Below are positions 26,187 through 36,557 of a stretch of 64,000 nt of DNA, piece by piece. The position numbers and the translations under genes were made by a program. Below the pieces are notes generated by a model. It did not search any database. It was not told the DNA's origin and saw only the letters and a list, made by a program, of their open reading frames with translations. Position 1 is the first letter of the stretch. The number at the start of each line of letters is the position of its first letter. This stretch comes from Lama guanicoe (lineage: Eukaryota). The DNA lies in NCBI GenBank assembly GCA_013239625.1, contig MU053304.1:620001-684000 (forward strand), written 5' to 3'.

Positions 26187-26405
26187 ATTCTGAAGAAGAA
26201 GCTATGGAGACTGCACCACCCAAGGGAAAGAAAGCTCCAGCAAAAGCTGTTCCTGTGAAGGCCAAGAGTGCTGCTGAGGATGAAGATGAAGAGGATGATG
26301 ATGAGGATGAGGAGGATGAAGAGGATGACGACGAGGAGGATGATGAGGATGACGAGGAGGAGGACGAGGACGATGAGGAGGAGGAGGAGGAGGAAGAGGA
26401 GGAAG
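26187..26405 (+). CDS. NCL: Nucleolin exon 4 (long acidic tract)
   Basis: tttcag| acceptor, G|gtaatc donor, 219 nt. Confidence 0.97.
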
Positions 26406-26517
26406 GTAATCAACTTAGATTCTAAAGTACATGGACATGGGTTTTGTTTAAAGGAGATAATTTGAATATATGTGTGGCTACTTGTGGATGACATAGATTG
26501 TTTGAAATCTTGTCTAG

Positions 26518-26604
26518 AGCCTGTCAAAGAAGCACCTGGAAAACGAAAGAAAGAAATGGCCAAACAGAAAGCAGCTCCTGAAGCCAAGAAGCAGAAAGTG
26601 GAAG
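26518..26604 (+). CDS. NCL: Nucleolin exon 5 (bipartite NLS KRKKEMAKQKAAPEAKKQK)
   Basis: tctag| acceptor, G|gtaacc donor, 87 nt. Confidence 0.97.
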
Positions 26605-26645
26605 GTAACCTGCAGAACTGGGGAGTGGGGAACGCCACCTAATAA

Positions 26646-26720
26646 ATAGCACAAATGATGAACAACACAGGGACTTAATACTGAACCCTGATGTTACGTT
26701 GCAATGTGCTGATGTGCTGC
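26646..26720 (+). ncRNA. SNORD82: C/D box snoRNA U82 in NCL intron 5 (18S rRNA 2'-O-methylation guide)
   Basis: AGCACA/TGTGCT terminal stem; C box ATGATGA 26655-61; D' CTGA 26681-84; D CTGA 26709-12. Guide CAGGGACTTAAT (26668-79) is complementary to 18S AUUAAGUCCCUG. Known NCL-hosted snoRNA. Confidence 0.93.
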
Positions 26721-26797
26721 GTGCAGAAATTTTACATTGAAAGTTAAGTTCGTGTCCTACTTTACAAATAGACTAATTTGAGGTAATTTTTGTATAG

Positions 26798-26939
26798 GCA
26801 CAGAACCAACCACAGCTTTTAATCTCTTTGTTGGAAACCTGAATTTCAGCAAATCTGCTCCTGAATTAAAAACGGGTATCAGTGACCTTTTTGCTAAAAA
26901 TGATCTTGCTGTTGTCGATGTCAGAATTGGTGTGTCTAG
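26798..26939 (+). CDS. NCL: Nucleolin exon 6 (RRM1 N-half, LFVGNL)
   Basis: tatag| acceptor, AG|gtaagt donor, 142 nt. Confidence 0.97.
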
Positions 26940-27525
26940 GTAAGTACAGGAGAGTTATGTCTTAGTACTTCCTGCCTATACTCAAGGGTCTGCTAATGCC
27001 TTTACCCCTCCCCTTTTAGGGCCTTAGCCCACTACTCTTAAATGTGAATATGTAGAAGTCTTGAAAGATTGGACATTAATGAATTAAGTCATTGGATTAT
27101 CAGATTGTAAAACCCCCAAATTAAAATGACCATACTCTCCCTTAACTTTTGATGTAGCACAAATCAATTTCTAATAAATTATGAGATTTGATGCTTAGAA
27201 ATACGCATTAGCCTTGAGTAGCTATAATGGTGAATGCTTTTAACCAGACAGGATTCTCCTGTCTTGGTGCTTAAATGGTTTCTTGAGCAGTGTAGCTAAT
27301 AAAGATCTCAGGTGAAGTTGCATTAAGTCTTGGTACTTAGACCCTGCTCTGTAGCCCCAGCTTACAGAACCTGACTTAATTTTATTAATAGTATAGGTGC
27401 TTTTTAACTTAATCTTTGTTTGCACCATCACATTAGTGCTTGCCTAGAATTTATGTCATTTGGCTCTTGTTCGGTGTTTTTTCTCCCACTTGTAATTTTT
27501 TTTTTTTGTCCTCTTTACCTTAAAG

Positions 27526-27650
27526 GAAGTTTGGCTATGTGGATTTTGAGTCTGCTGAAGACCTGGAAAAAGCCTTGGAACTCACTGGTTTAAAAGTCTT
27601 TGGCAATGAAATTAAACTAGAAAAACCAAAGGGAAAAGACAGTAAGAAGG
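27526..27650 (+). CDS. NCL: Nucleolin exon 7 (RRM1 C-half, KFGYVDF)
   Basis: Long polypyrimidine tract with taaag| acceptor, G|gtaggt donor, 125 nt. Confidence 0.97.
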
Positions 27651-28201
27651 GTAGGTAAGACTTTAGGTAATTGTGACACTGATAGGTAACTTGTTAATGG
27701 CTGTGTATCTAATGTAGACCAGTTGGCCAGAATAAATAGTTTAATGTTTTTCCCTTGTCTGCCTCATGATATTGTGAGGCGGGTTAAATGAGTTAGTGTT
27801 AAATGTTTACAAGAGTACTTGGCACTGCTTATTGGGCTTAATCAAAAAATAATTGGTTAGATACATCTAAATTAATAGATCCCTAACTACTCCATTTGTG
27901 TCTTTTACCCTTCTCTATACACTTGTCATATTTCAAGTGTGTGTTCATGATCTTTTTAATTGAAAAATACTGAATACCTACTCTATATGCTATATAATAC
28001 AGAGCTCTGTTCTAAGTATTCAGGACATAGTTTGCTTGTGTGGCAAAACCACTGCTGTATCTGTATAGTAGCAGAATGCCTTGTACAGTGTGGAATCTCA
28101 AAATTACTTAAATAGAACTTGTATGTTGGTCAGTCTTTGGTAATCTTCGGGGAAGGAAGGGTCTTTAAAGCCATCTGGTTCATTTTTGTGTTTTTATCTA
28201 G

Positions 28202-28325
28202 ATCGAGATGCGAGAACACTTTTGGCTAAGAATCTGCCTTATAAAGTTACTCAGGATGAATTAAAAGAAGTGTTTGAAGATGCTGTGGAGATCAGATTAA
28301 TCAGCAAGGATGGAAAGAGTAAAGG
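28202..28325 (+). CDS. NCL: Nucleolin exon 8 (RRM2 N-half, LLAKNL)
   Basis: tctag| acceptor, GG|gtatgt donor, 124 nt. Confidence 0.97.
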
Positions 28326-28835
28326 GTATGTTTTATATCTATTTGAATGTTAAGAATTTTATTAAAATTAATGTACTTCACTGATTTATAAAAGAAATGT
28401 TTATTAAACTTCCATGTGTGTGATATTGGGCAAATTTATCTATAATCCACACCTCACTTTCCCATCTGTACAGTGGTGACAGCGTACTTCATTCAGGCTG
28501 ATTTTATAAGATGAGCTTACGTATAAAGCACTACAAATGCACCTAACCTCCAATAAATGCTTTGAAAGTAATTGTAATTATTGCAGCGAGGTGGGCTTAA
28601 CATGAACGAACACGTTTTCTAGACATTTGGTGAATTCTGTGTAGTGGGCGGAAAGTTTCAATTGAGAAGTGGAAGATGACGGAAACCTTGAACATTTCAA
28701 TTAGCGTAAAATGAGACGTTTTTATTGTACTCACCTGAAACAAGGTCATGTTGCTGAGATTAAAACGTTTGTGTTAGAGAACTAATACAGTTTTAAAAAT
28801 CAGACGAGTTCTTAACATTTATTTTCCTACTGTAG

Positions 28836-28993
28836 GATTGCTTTTATTGAATTTAAGACAGAAGCCGATGCAGAGAAAACCTTGGAAGAAAAGCAGGGAA
28901 CAGAGATAGATGGACGATCCATTTCCCTGTACTATACTGGAGAGAAAGGTCAAGGTCAAGACCCTAGAGGTGGAAAGAATAGCACTTGGAGTG
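28836..28993 (+). CDS. NCL: Nucleolin exon 9 (RRM2 C-half)
   Basis: tgtag| acceptor, G|gtaaga donor, 158 nt. Confidence 0.97.
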
Positions 28994-29490
28994 GTAAGAA
29001 TTTATAGGCTTCCTACAGGGTTCTTTAATTGATGGAGGGAAATCCTTTGCATCTTTTTGCTTTATAAAATTTTTTTACTTTTTACTTTATAAAATTGACT
29101 GATTAATTGGATGAAGATGGACATTAAGTTATACATGTATTTGTAATTGAATGTCTTGAATGAGAGCTGTATGAAATCTTTGCATTAGAACATAGATCTA
29201 GTTTCCTTTGTATATATGTTTTATACTGTAAATGACTTAGATGGTTTGCGTTTTTAAATCAGAATATTGTTCTAGGAAGACATAGAGCTGTAGTCTGAAC
29301 AATAAGGATGGAAGGAAGCAGGATGTGACAGTACATAATAGGTACTTGATATGTTGAGTAACAAGTAGGATTCTACCTGCATCAACATTGGAGTGTTAAC
29401 TCTTACAAGCACAGAAGTTATTAAGAACAAGATATGGCTGTGATTGAGCTACTGCTTCAGAGTCTTAATTTGGTATCTCTTTATTTGTAG

Positions 29491-29614
29491 GTGAATCAAA
29501 AACTCTGGTTTTAAGCAACCTTTCCTTCAGTGCAACAGAAGAAACTCTTCAGGAAGTATTTGAGAAGGCAACTTTTATCAAAGTGCCCCAGAGCCAAAAT
29601 GGCAAATCTAAAGG
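29491..29614 (+). CDS. NCL: Nucleolin exon 10 (RRM3 N-half)
   Basis: tgtag| acceptor, GG|gtaaag donor, 124 nt. Confidence 0.97.
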
Positions 29615-29800
29615 GTAAAGTAACTAATACCTTTATACTGTCAGTAACAGGCTTTAAGGGTGCCTTGCAGAGGTAAAACGTTTTCCTGGCTGTTAGCAGA
29701 AGTTGCAGCAAATGTTTGCTTGAGGGATAAGGCTTGGTGGCATCAGATACTGCACAGGAGCCATGTGCTTGATAACTAAGTATTGACTGTTTATCCTCAG

Positions 29801-29934
29801 GTATGCGTTTATAGAATTTGCTTCCTTTGAAGATGCTAAAGAAGCTTTAAATTCTTGTAATAAAAGGGAAATTGAGGGCAGAGCAATCAGGCTGGAGCTG
29901 CAAGGACCCAGGGGATCACCTAATGCAAGAAGCC
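29801..29934 (+). CDS. NCL: Nucleolin exon 11 (RRM3 C-half, GYAFIEF)
   Basis: ctcag| acceptor, C|gtaagt donor, 134 nt. Confidence 0.97.
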
Positions 29935-30044
29935 GTAAGTTGATAAATTAACAGGATGTTGTGGATAGGTCCTCGGGGCTGTGCTTTAACTTTTTTTGTC
30001 AGATATAGGAAACATTTGTTTCTGTTGCTGCTGAGTAAATGATA

Positions 30045-30125
30045 CTGGATATGATGACTGATTATCTGAGAAATAATTGATGAAATCTCAAGAAAATTCC
30101 TCTAGATAGTCAAGTTCTGATCCAG
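30045..30125 (+). ncRNA. SNORD20: C/D box snoRNA U20 in NCL intron 11
   Basis: CTGGAT/ATCCAG terminal stem; C box 30051-57; D box CTGA 30117-20. The 20-nt guide TTCCTCTAGATAGTCAAGTT is complementary to 18S AACUUGACUAUCUAGAGGAA. Confidence 0.95.
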
Positions 30126-30494
30126 CTAAGTCAACTCTGAGCAGCAGGTTTGCCTGTGGTTTACTGTCCCGTGGTGTTGGTAGCTGCCTGCTTTAGGACC
30201 GCCATCTAACTTGGCTTGGGTTGCTTCTGTTTCTCCATGAAAGACAGGTTCTCAACTGCTCTGGTGATCAACATAAACTTGAGATGGCAGTTGATCTAAG
30301 CCCTTTGCTTTAATTAAGCATTAGTTGATGAAGTTGCTTTTACCTACTTATTCAGACATTCAGAATGAAAGGCTAGCTTTTGCTAAGACACGCATTCTTA
30401 GTAGTCAGTTACTAGGCTGCAACATACAAATCCAGTGTGTTGTCATGAATTGTGACTTTAAATAAAAGGTACAATTTTTATTTTTCTTCCCCAG

Positions 30495-30621
30495 AGCCAT
30501 CCAAAACTCTGTTTGTCAAAGGTCTGTCTGAGGATACCACAGAAGAGACATTAAAGGAGTCGTTTGAGGGCTCTGTCCGTGCAAGGATAGTCACTGACCG
30601 GGAAACCGGGTCCTCCAAAGG
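30495..30621 (+). CDS. NCL: Nucleolin exon 12 (RRM4 N-half, LFVKGL)
   Basis: cccag| acceptor, GG|gtaaga donor, 127 nt. Confidence 0.97.
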
Positions 30622-30664
30622 GTAAGATGGAGGGATGTGCATGGTGGAAAGCTCCCGACTAAGT

Positions 30665-30798
30665 GTCTTCTCATTGAGCTCCTTTCTGTCCATCGGTGAC
30701 AGTTCAGGATTCGCACGAGAAGAAGAGACAATTCACAGGGCTAGCATTATTGCCTTCTGTCGTCACAGAGGTGTATTTTGCTGTTTTGTGAGACATTC
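30665..30798 (+). ncRNA. SNORA75: H/ACA snoRNA U23 in NCL intron 12 (18S pseudouridylation guide)
   Basis: Two hairpins (TCTTCTC…GAGAAGA; TCACAG…TTGTGA); H box AGACAA 30726-31; ACA 30793-95, 3 nt from the end. Matches recalled U23. Confidence 0.92.
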
Positions 30799-30973
30799 TA
30801 GAGTTCAGGCTGTCAGTAAAACCGGTTTCAGCTTTCCTTAGGGAACGACTCTTCAATTGGGTCCAATTAGCAAGGCTGCTTTCTATGGGATCCACTATCT
30901 AACATAGGAAGTTACTTTGGCACTTGTTCCATATATTTGTTTTATAATGGCTAATTTCATTTGGTGTTTTTAG

Positions 30974-31197
30974 GTTTGGTTTTATAGACTTCAACAGCGA
31001 GGAAGATGCCAAAGCTGCGATGGAGGCCATGGAAGATGGTGAAATTGATGGAAACAAAGTTACTTTGGACTGGGCCAAGCCTAAGGGTGAAGGTGGCTTC
31101 GGTGGCCGAGGAGGAGGCAGAGGTGGCTTTGGAGGCCGAGGTGGTGGCAGAGGCGGCCGAGGTGGATTTGGTGGCAGAGGCCGGGGAGGCTTTGGAG
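30974..31197 (+). CDS. NCL: Nucleolin exon 13 (RRM4 C-half and RGG/GAR domain)
   Basis: tttag| acceptor, G|gtaagg donor, 224 nt. Confidence 0.97.
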
Positions 31198-31366
31198 GTA
31201 AGGAACATGGTGGGCTACCTCACTGTACACTGGACACTAGGTGGAACATGAACTTTGGAACCCGAAGGCCTGGGTTCCTGCATCAATTCCAAGTCCTCAT
31301 CCCTCTGGGGAGGGGAGAACTGGCAGCTTTGCAGCCACTCTTTAATGACATCTTGCCTTCTTGCAG

Positions 31367-31443
31367 GGCGAGGAGGCTTCCGAGGAGGCAGAGGAGGAGG
31401 AGGAGACCACAAGCCACAAGGAAAGAAGACAAAGTTTGAATAG
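31367..31443 (+). CDS. NCL: Nucleolin exon 14 coding part (…GDHKPQGKKTKFE*)
   Basis: ttgcag| acceptor, TAG stop at 31441-31443. Confidence 0.97.
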
Positions 31444-31816
31444 TTTCTTCTATCCCTGTCTTTCCCTCTTCCATTTGAAAGAAAGGACTCTGGGGTTTCT
31501 ACTCTGTTACCAATGACAGAGCCTTCTGAGGACATTCCAAGGCAGTATACAGCCCTGTGGTCTACTCGGAAATCCATATAGATAACATTTCACGGGAGAT
31601 AACCCTGTTGGTTTTGACTGGATATTCAGATAAACTTTTTAAAGAGATGAGTGATAGAGCTAACCCTTATCTGTAAGTTTTGAATTTATATTGTTTTTTC
31701 CCATGTACAAAACCATTTTTTTCCTATGAAGTTTTTTGTTTGTTTTTTTGCGTTGGGGGGTGTAAAGGAAAGCAGAATGTTTTATCATGATTTTTGCTTC
31801 AGCAACTTTGGGACAA

Positions 31817-31822
31817 ATTAAA
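31817..31822 (+). terminator. NCL polyadenylation signal ATTAAA
   Basis: Variant hexamer about 375 nt after the stop, preceded by U-rich sequence and followed by GT-containing sequence. Confidence 0.75.
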
Positions 31823-33632
31823 AGTCCTAAACTCTGGTGCCAGACTTGTACTTCCTAGAGTGTGTCCTGGAAAGTCAGTGAAGGTGGAGCATGACAGCCA
31901 GCTCTGCCACTGTGGATCTTCTCCACCCCTGATGGAAATGCTTGATGCTTTGGTTTCAAGTATCCCAGTCATAAGTTTTGGTGAAATGACTAGTGAGGTG
32001 ATCAGCTTTCTGTAGCCCTTTGTCATATGAAAGGTTTATTGCAAGGTTACTGTGGCCTTATCCCGCTTAAAAGCAGGCCAGAGGGTCAGGAGCGCTTCAG
32101 TTGGGCCTCTTCAGAGTGCATCTGATTATAGAGTGTGGGTTCTGGAATTGGCAATGACTAATGAATAGGATTCATGCTGTGAATGAATGGACCAAATGGA
32201 GGCTTTGGGACTGTGAGGCTGGGGAGGATACTACCAATCTAGTTGATGGACCTGATTGTTTTGTAAGTCCCCCAACAACCTCAAGTTAAACTGACAAGAA
32301 AGGCCTTTGGTTTCACACTATGATGAGTACTCACTCTGATTTATTAAGCACTACTGTGGGCGTCCTCCCCCAACAGAAGATCACATGAAAGGCCTTGGTC
32401 AAGGGGTTTAACGTGTATTGAGTTGCCCCAGGTGGTACAGAGCAGAGATGATACTGACAAGTGCCAACTCAAAGTATGGTAGAAGGCAAACTACAGGATG
32501 CAGACAGCTTAGTTTGTCCTGGGTATGAGTTGCTATTGGGATGAGGGAATCTAAGCATTGTGCATGTCATGTACCACTTAGAAGTCTGTTCCGAGTACTA
32601 AGGGCATGGACCAGGACAAATACCTTGTTTTGAAGGGGAAATGGGGAGGGGGATGGGAGATTGAAAGTTTAGTGCTGCTAGGAAGGAAAATCAAGCCATT
32701 AGAGGGACAGTCTGATGAGGCAAACCTAAAAAACTAAAACGAACACTTGGCAGCCTATGTATTTTCTAGATTTAAAAGTTCTAATTAATTGGAGCCTAAC
32801 AGGGCCAATGAATGAGTCAAGTCTGTTACCTTTTCAGTTACAGCAAAGCTGAGTAGAGTTTTGACTGAAAATTTGTATCAGTGGCAAATCAGTCAGTCCC
32901 AAACTAGATTTTCAAGTAGGGGCCTGTGAGATTGGTCTCTGTGTCTCCACAGTCTTCTCCCAAGTGGGTGCCACCTGTGACTGGTATCTAGGAATGTGAA
33001 TTAGAATTGCTATTAGCTCAGGCTCAACACAGCCAGTTAGCTTATTCAGTACTTGAATTACATTTGAGAGTCTGTGGTGGAGTTTTGGTAGGTTCCCTCA
33101 TGGAGGTTTGGTGGGGTGCAGGGGAGGCTCGAACATGACTTTGCTAGCAGCTCAGTTGGCAAGAATTTTTGGCTTCTAGAGTCGGACCTGCAGTGAGATA
33201 CAAGTCAACCCGCACTGCTTTACAGCTAACGTTTTTGACTTTACAGCTAGTGATGCTGTGCCCTCAGTATGTCGGGCTTTATCTCACCCCTCGGTAACCT
33301 GCTGTGGGGCAAAGCAAGGGTAGAATAAAGGTTCTTCCTGCTATCCTTTTCCTTCCCAGTAAGGGAAGGGAACAGTGCAGCCCTTTTATTACTGGTTTTT
33401 CCAACCAGGGCTACTGATTTCCAGTGGAAGGAAGATGAGGATGGAGGGTGGTCACCCTACACGGAGGTGAGGGGCGTGGAGAAGCACTGGCACTTGGGTT
33501 TAGGGACTACAAACCTTTTAATCCTAGGCCTTCCTGGTGCCTATCTGGTTTCTGGTTTGGATTGGGTGGGTTTTGCAGCCATTTTAGAAAAGCAGCTCCC
33601 TACTGCAAATGGTAGTTGCCACTTTTGTCACT

Positions 33633-33651
33633 CCTCCAGCAGGTGGCAGCA
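33633..33651 (+). promoter_or_regulatory. Candidate CTCF site downstream of NCL
   Basis: CCAGCAGGTGGCAGCA at 33636-33651. Confidence 0.55.
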
Positions 33652-35925
33652 CCCACAAGGATGTGGACAGCTGGCAGGGAAATGTCACTAGCGAAGCCTG
33701 AAGGTTAGTTTCAGGCCAATGGGTCTTCAACTCAGACTCAGGTTAAGTGATAGGGCCTGGGAATCTGCAGGAAGCACACTCAACACAGGTGCTGTGGAAT
33801 CCCCATGAGGAGTGGCTTTCATTTGGGTCCAAGAACTAAAATTTTGAATACTTGTCCTGTGCTCTTATCTCTGAGCATCCCATTAATCCATATTAGCCCA
33901 CTGATTATCTCCTTGTAATGTAATCTTTGTCTCCCCTCAGCCTTAAGAGGTGCCAAAGCTTTCTCATCCAAAAAAAGCTGTCCTCTGAGCTTACCTCCCT
34001 GCCTAGCTGTTCCCTTTGACCTTCGTTGCCAAGCTTTGGGAAGGACCACACTGCCTTCCACTTGTTTGCCCCCAAGCAGTGTGGCTTCTGTCCCCACACC
34101 AGCATTGATTGAGCTAATTAAAGATGCCAGTGACCAGAGGCTCTAAATTCAAGTGGTTAGTCATCCCTCATTTTCCCAGCTTCCCTATAACACCTTCCAG
34201 ATTCCTTCTTCCTCCCTGAAACTTCCTTCCCCCACCATAGAAAACTTAGGTGGTGGTTCTGTGACAGCAGACTGGGGTGAAGGGGGAAGTAAACAATGCT
34301 GGGATAAGAGACTGTCAACAGAATTATACCCAATTAACATACGTAAGCCAGGGGCTGTGCTTCACACATCAGGTAATCCTGTAATGAGAAAGGCCTCGCT
34401 GGTCCTACATGGAAATGCGAAAAGAGCACTTCTATTCCTACCAACCTGTGAGTGGAAGGACTTGTTTTGTTCATTGTTCTGTCCCATTGGCCATGGACAG
34501 TCCCTGACACATAGCTACTCGGTAAGTAATGAATAAAGGAATCCTGTACAAACTTTCCCCGACTGCTGGGAAAGCTGCCATAGCAGTGGGAGAGAATCTT
34601 TTAAGGCTAGGAGTTACATTTTGAAAGTTTTAAACACTTTAGGGAATTCCTTTGGGAGTCTGGTAAAGCCTTTGAAAACTTCAGAATAATGTTCTCAATT
34701 TTTTAAAAAAGGGATTATAAGTGAAATCAATTACATTGAAAAATTTTAAAAATATTTTAGCACACCATTTGTGATGGAATTACATGTGTTCATTCACTAA
34801 TGCGTAAGATAAGATTCATTTACATTTAAAATACAGTTAGGGAGTTTGGCTCTGGTGATTATGGAGTGGCTTATAACAGACTGGCCCTCCTATTGATAAT
34901 TATAAGTTCTGGGTGAAATAAAAAGTCAACTTCTGAACATGTTGAAGTTCAAACAATACCAGATGGAAACGAGCATATAACATCCTTGAAAGGACACTGG
35001 GGGAGATACATGTTTAACCAACTCTTCCCTTGAAGGTGTTCCCCCTACCCCTGCCATTAGCGTGATTATCTGGGCATAGAGTTTAAGGAGAAGGAGGGTC
35101 TTACTGAACTGAGAAGTCAGGTTGGCGTTTGAATCTGGAAATTTTCCTGAAGATGAAAGAGGCAGAAGAGAAAGCCATAAAATAGGTATACTAACTGCCT
35201 TTAAATTCTTGGCTGAGTCCTAAATTTATGAGCAGGGCAAGGATAATGAGCTGGGGGGAAAGAACATTGGAAAGGTGGGAGAGTTGGCTACAGATTCCAA
35301 CAGCCGCCTGGTGCTGGAGAGAAGTGTGAAATTCAAGTTCTGTCCAGTTAAAGGGGTTTGATAAACTCTTCAAGTTTTCTTTGAAACTCAGAAGGTCCAT
35401 CCTTTAGAAGTAGCATATTCCAGGCCTAAGGATTAAGCCCTAGGACTAAAGCAAAATGCAAAACCAAAATAGACTCACCCTTATAAAGCCTAAAGCCTAG
35501 AACTAATCATCCACATAATCAATGGGGGAGATCTGTTGGGAGTTTAATTGCCTGCTAGAACAAAATTGAGCAGTGTTCAGGGGAAGGTAATGAATGCACT
35601 TTGCTTGCTGGACATTATATGACATATTGCAAAAAGAAGACTAGACATGCAATGAAATGAAAATAGCCACAATCAGGAGAAAAGCAAACACACAACTCAT
35701 GTTGAAGTTTGTAGGTAAGAACTTTAATCATTACAAATATGTTAAAGAATTTGCAGGAAGAGATGAATCTATTGAATGAAGAAATGGAATTTCTGAAGAG
35801 AGATGGAAACCCTAAGAGCCAAATGGAAATTCAGGAACTGAAAACAATATATTAAAGAATTCACTAGGTGGAGAATTTACAGCTGGAGAAAGGATCAGTA
35901 GAGTAGAAGACAGACCAAAAGTAAT

Positions 35926-36557
35926 TACAGAGTACAAAATATGCTACCCCAAAATATGACGTCTTGGCATATTAAATATTTCAAGTGGAAGAAACAGAAC
36001 CAGCAAGTGCAGGAAGGACTTTTTTTTTTTGTAGGAAGGACTTTCTGGCCTTCCCCTGAAGCAGGTCATAAAACCTGCATATGAGAGGTGCCCTCCTAAC
36101 ACCTGGAAGAAAGGGTCAGCCTTATCTCTTAAGACAGACGGACATGGTAGGGGGGCAGGCCATAGTTCAAATGGTAGAGTGCATGCTTAGCATGCACGAG
36201 GTCCTGGGTTCAATCCCCAGTACTTTCTCAGTAAGTAAACTTCATTACCTTCCCCTCAAAATATTTATTTAAAAAAAAGACAGAGGGACATCAAGAGGGA
36301 ATTCAAAGGAACAGGCCTTACTATTTCCCCCATTTACTCTACTCAGTTCATACTCTTTTTGGTCCTACCACGTTTTTCCACAACTCTCTACTTTTCATCA
36401 AACTTAACATGTCTTCAGGTCTTAATTTCCTTATGAAGGCTCTCATGCCATGTAAGACTTAAATTCATATGCTTTTCTCTTTTTAATCTGTCTTGTTACA
36501 GGGCTTCAGCCAAGAACTTAGAAGGGTAGAGGGAAAAGATCTTTTTCCTCCCCTATA
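35926..36557 (+). mobile_element. MER34/MER39-like ERV1 solo LTR
   Basis: aaaatatgctaccccaaaatatg start and …gaagggtagagggaaaagatctttttcctcccctata end match the recalled family. Confidence 0.7.
36146..36276 (+). mobile_element. tRNA-derived SINE (Vic-1-type, camelid)
   Basis: A/B boxes (TAGTTCAAATGG; GGTTCAATCCC), A tail, 15-bp TSD aagacaga(c/g)ggacat. Confidence 0.85.

Larger units (their letters stand above)
22893..31845 (+). other. NCL: Nucleolin gene span (14 exons; approximate TSS to approximate poly(A) cleavage site). Spliced CDS 23044-31443 = 2157 nt, 718 aa
   Basis: Exons assembled by hand; all introns are GT-AG with consistent phases. The protein has the TPxKK repeats, acidic tracts, bipartite NLS, 4 RRMs and RGG/GAR tail ending KKTKFE. 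The 5'UTR starts CTTTCGCCTCAGT like mammalian NCL. Confidence 0.98.

Noticed and set aside
25374..26638. Antisense poly-Ser, poly-His and poly-Leu/Ile ORFs
   Set aside because: These are shadows of the GAT/GAG/GAA repeats in NCL exons 3-4.
32320..32460. ATGATGA…CTGA downstream of the poly(A) site (and GTGATGA at ~52546) as extra C/D snoRNAs
   Set aside because: Not intronic, no terminal stem, and no recognisable rRNA antisense element.
36150..36225. tRNA-Ala-like sequences (also at 46285, 47410 and 55115) as tRNA genes
   Set aside because: They have SINE tails, A-rich ends, TSDs and broken stems, so they are SINE heads rather than tRNA genes.
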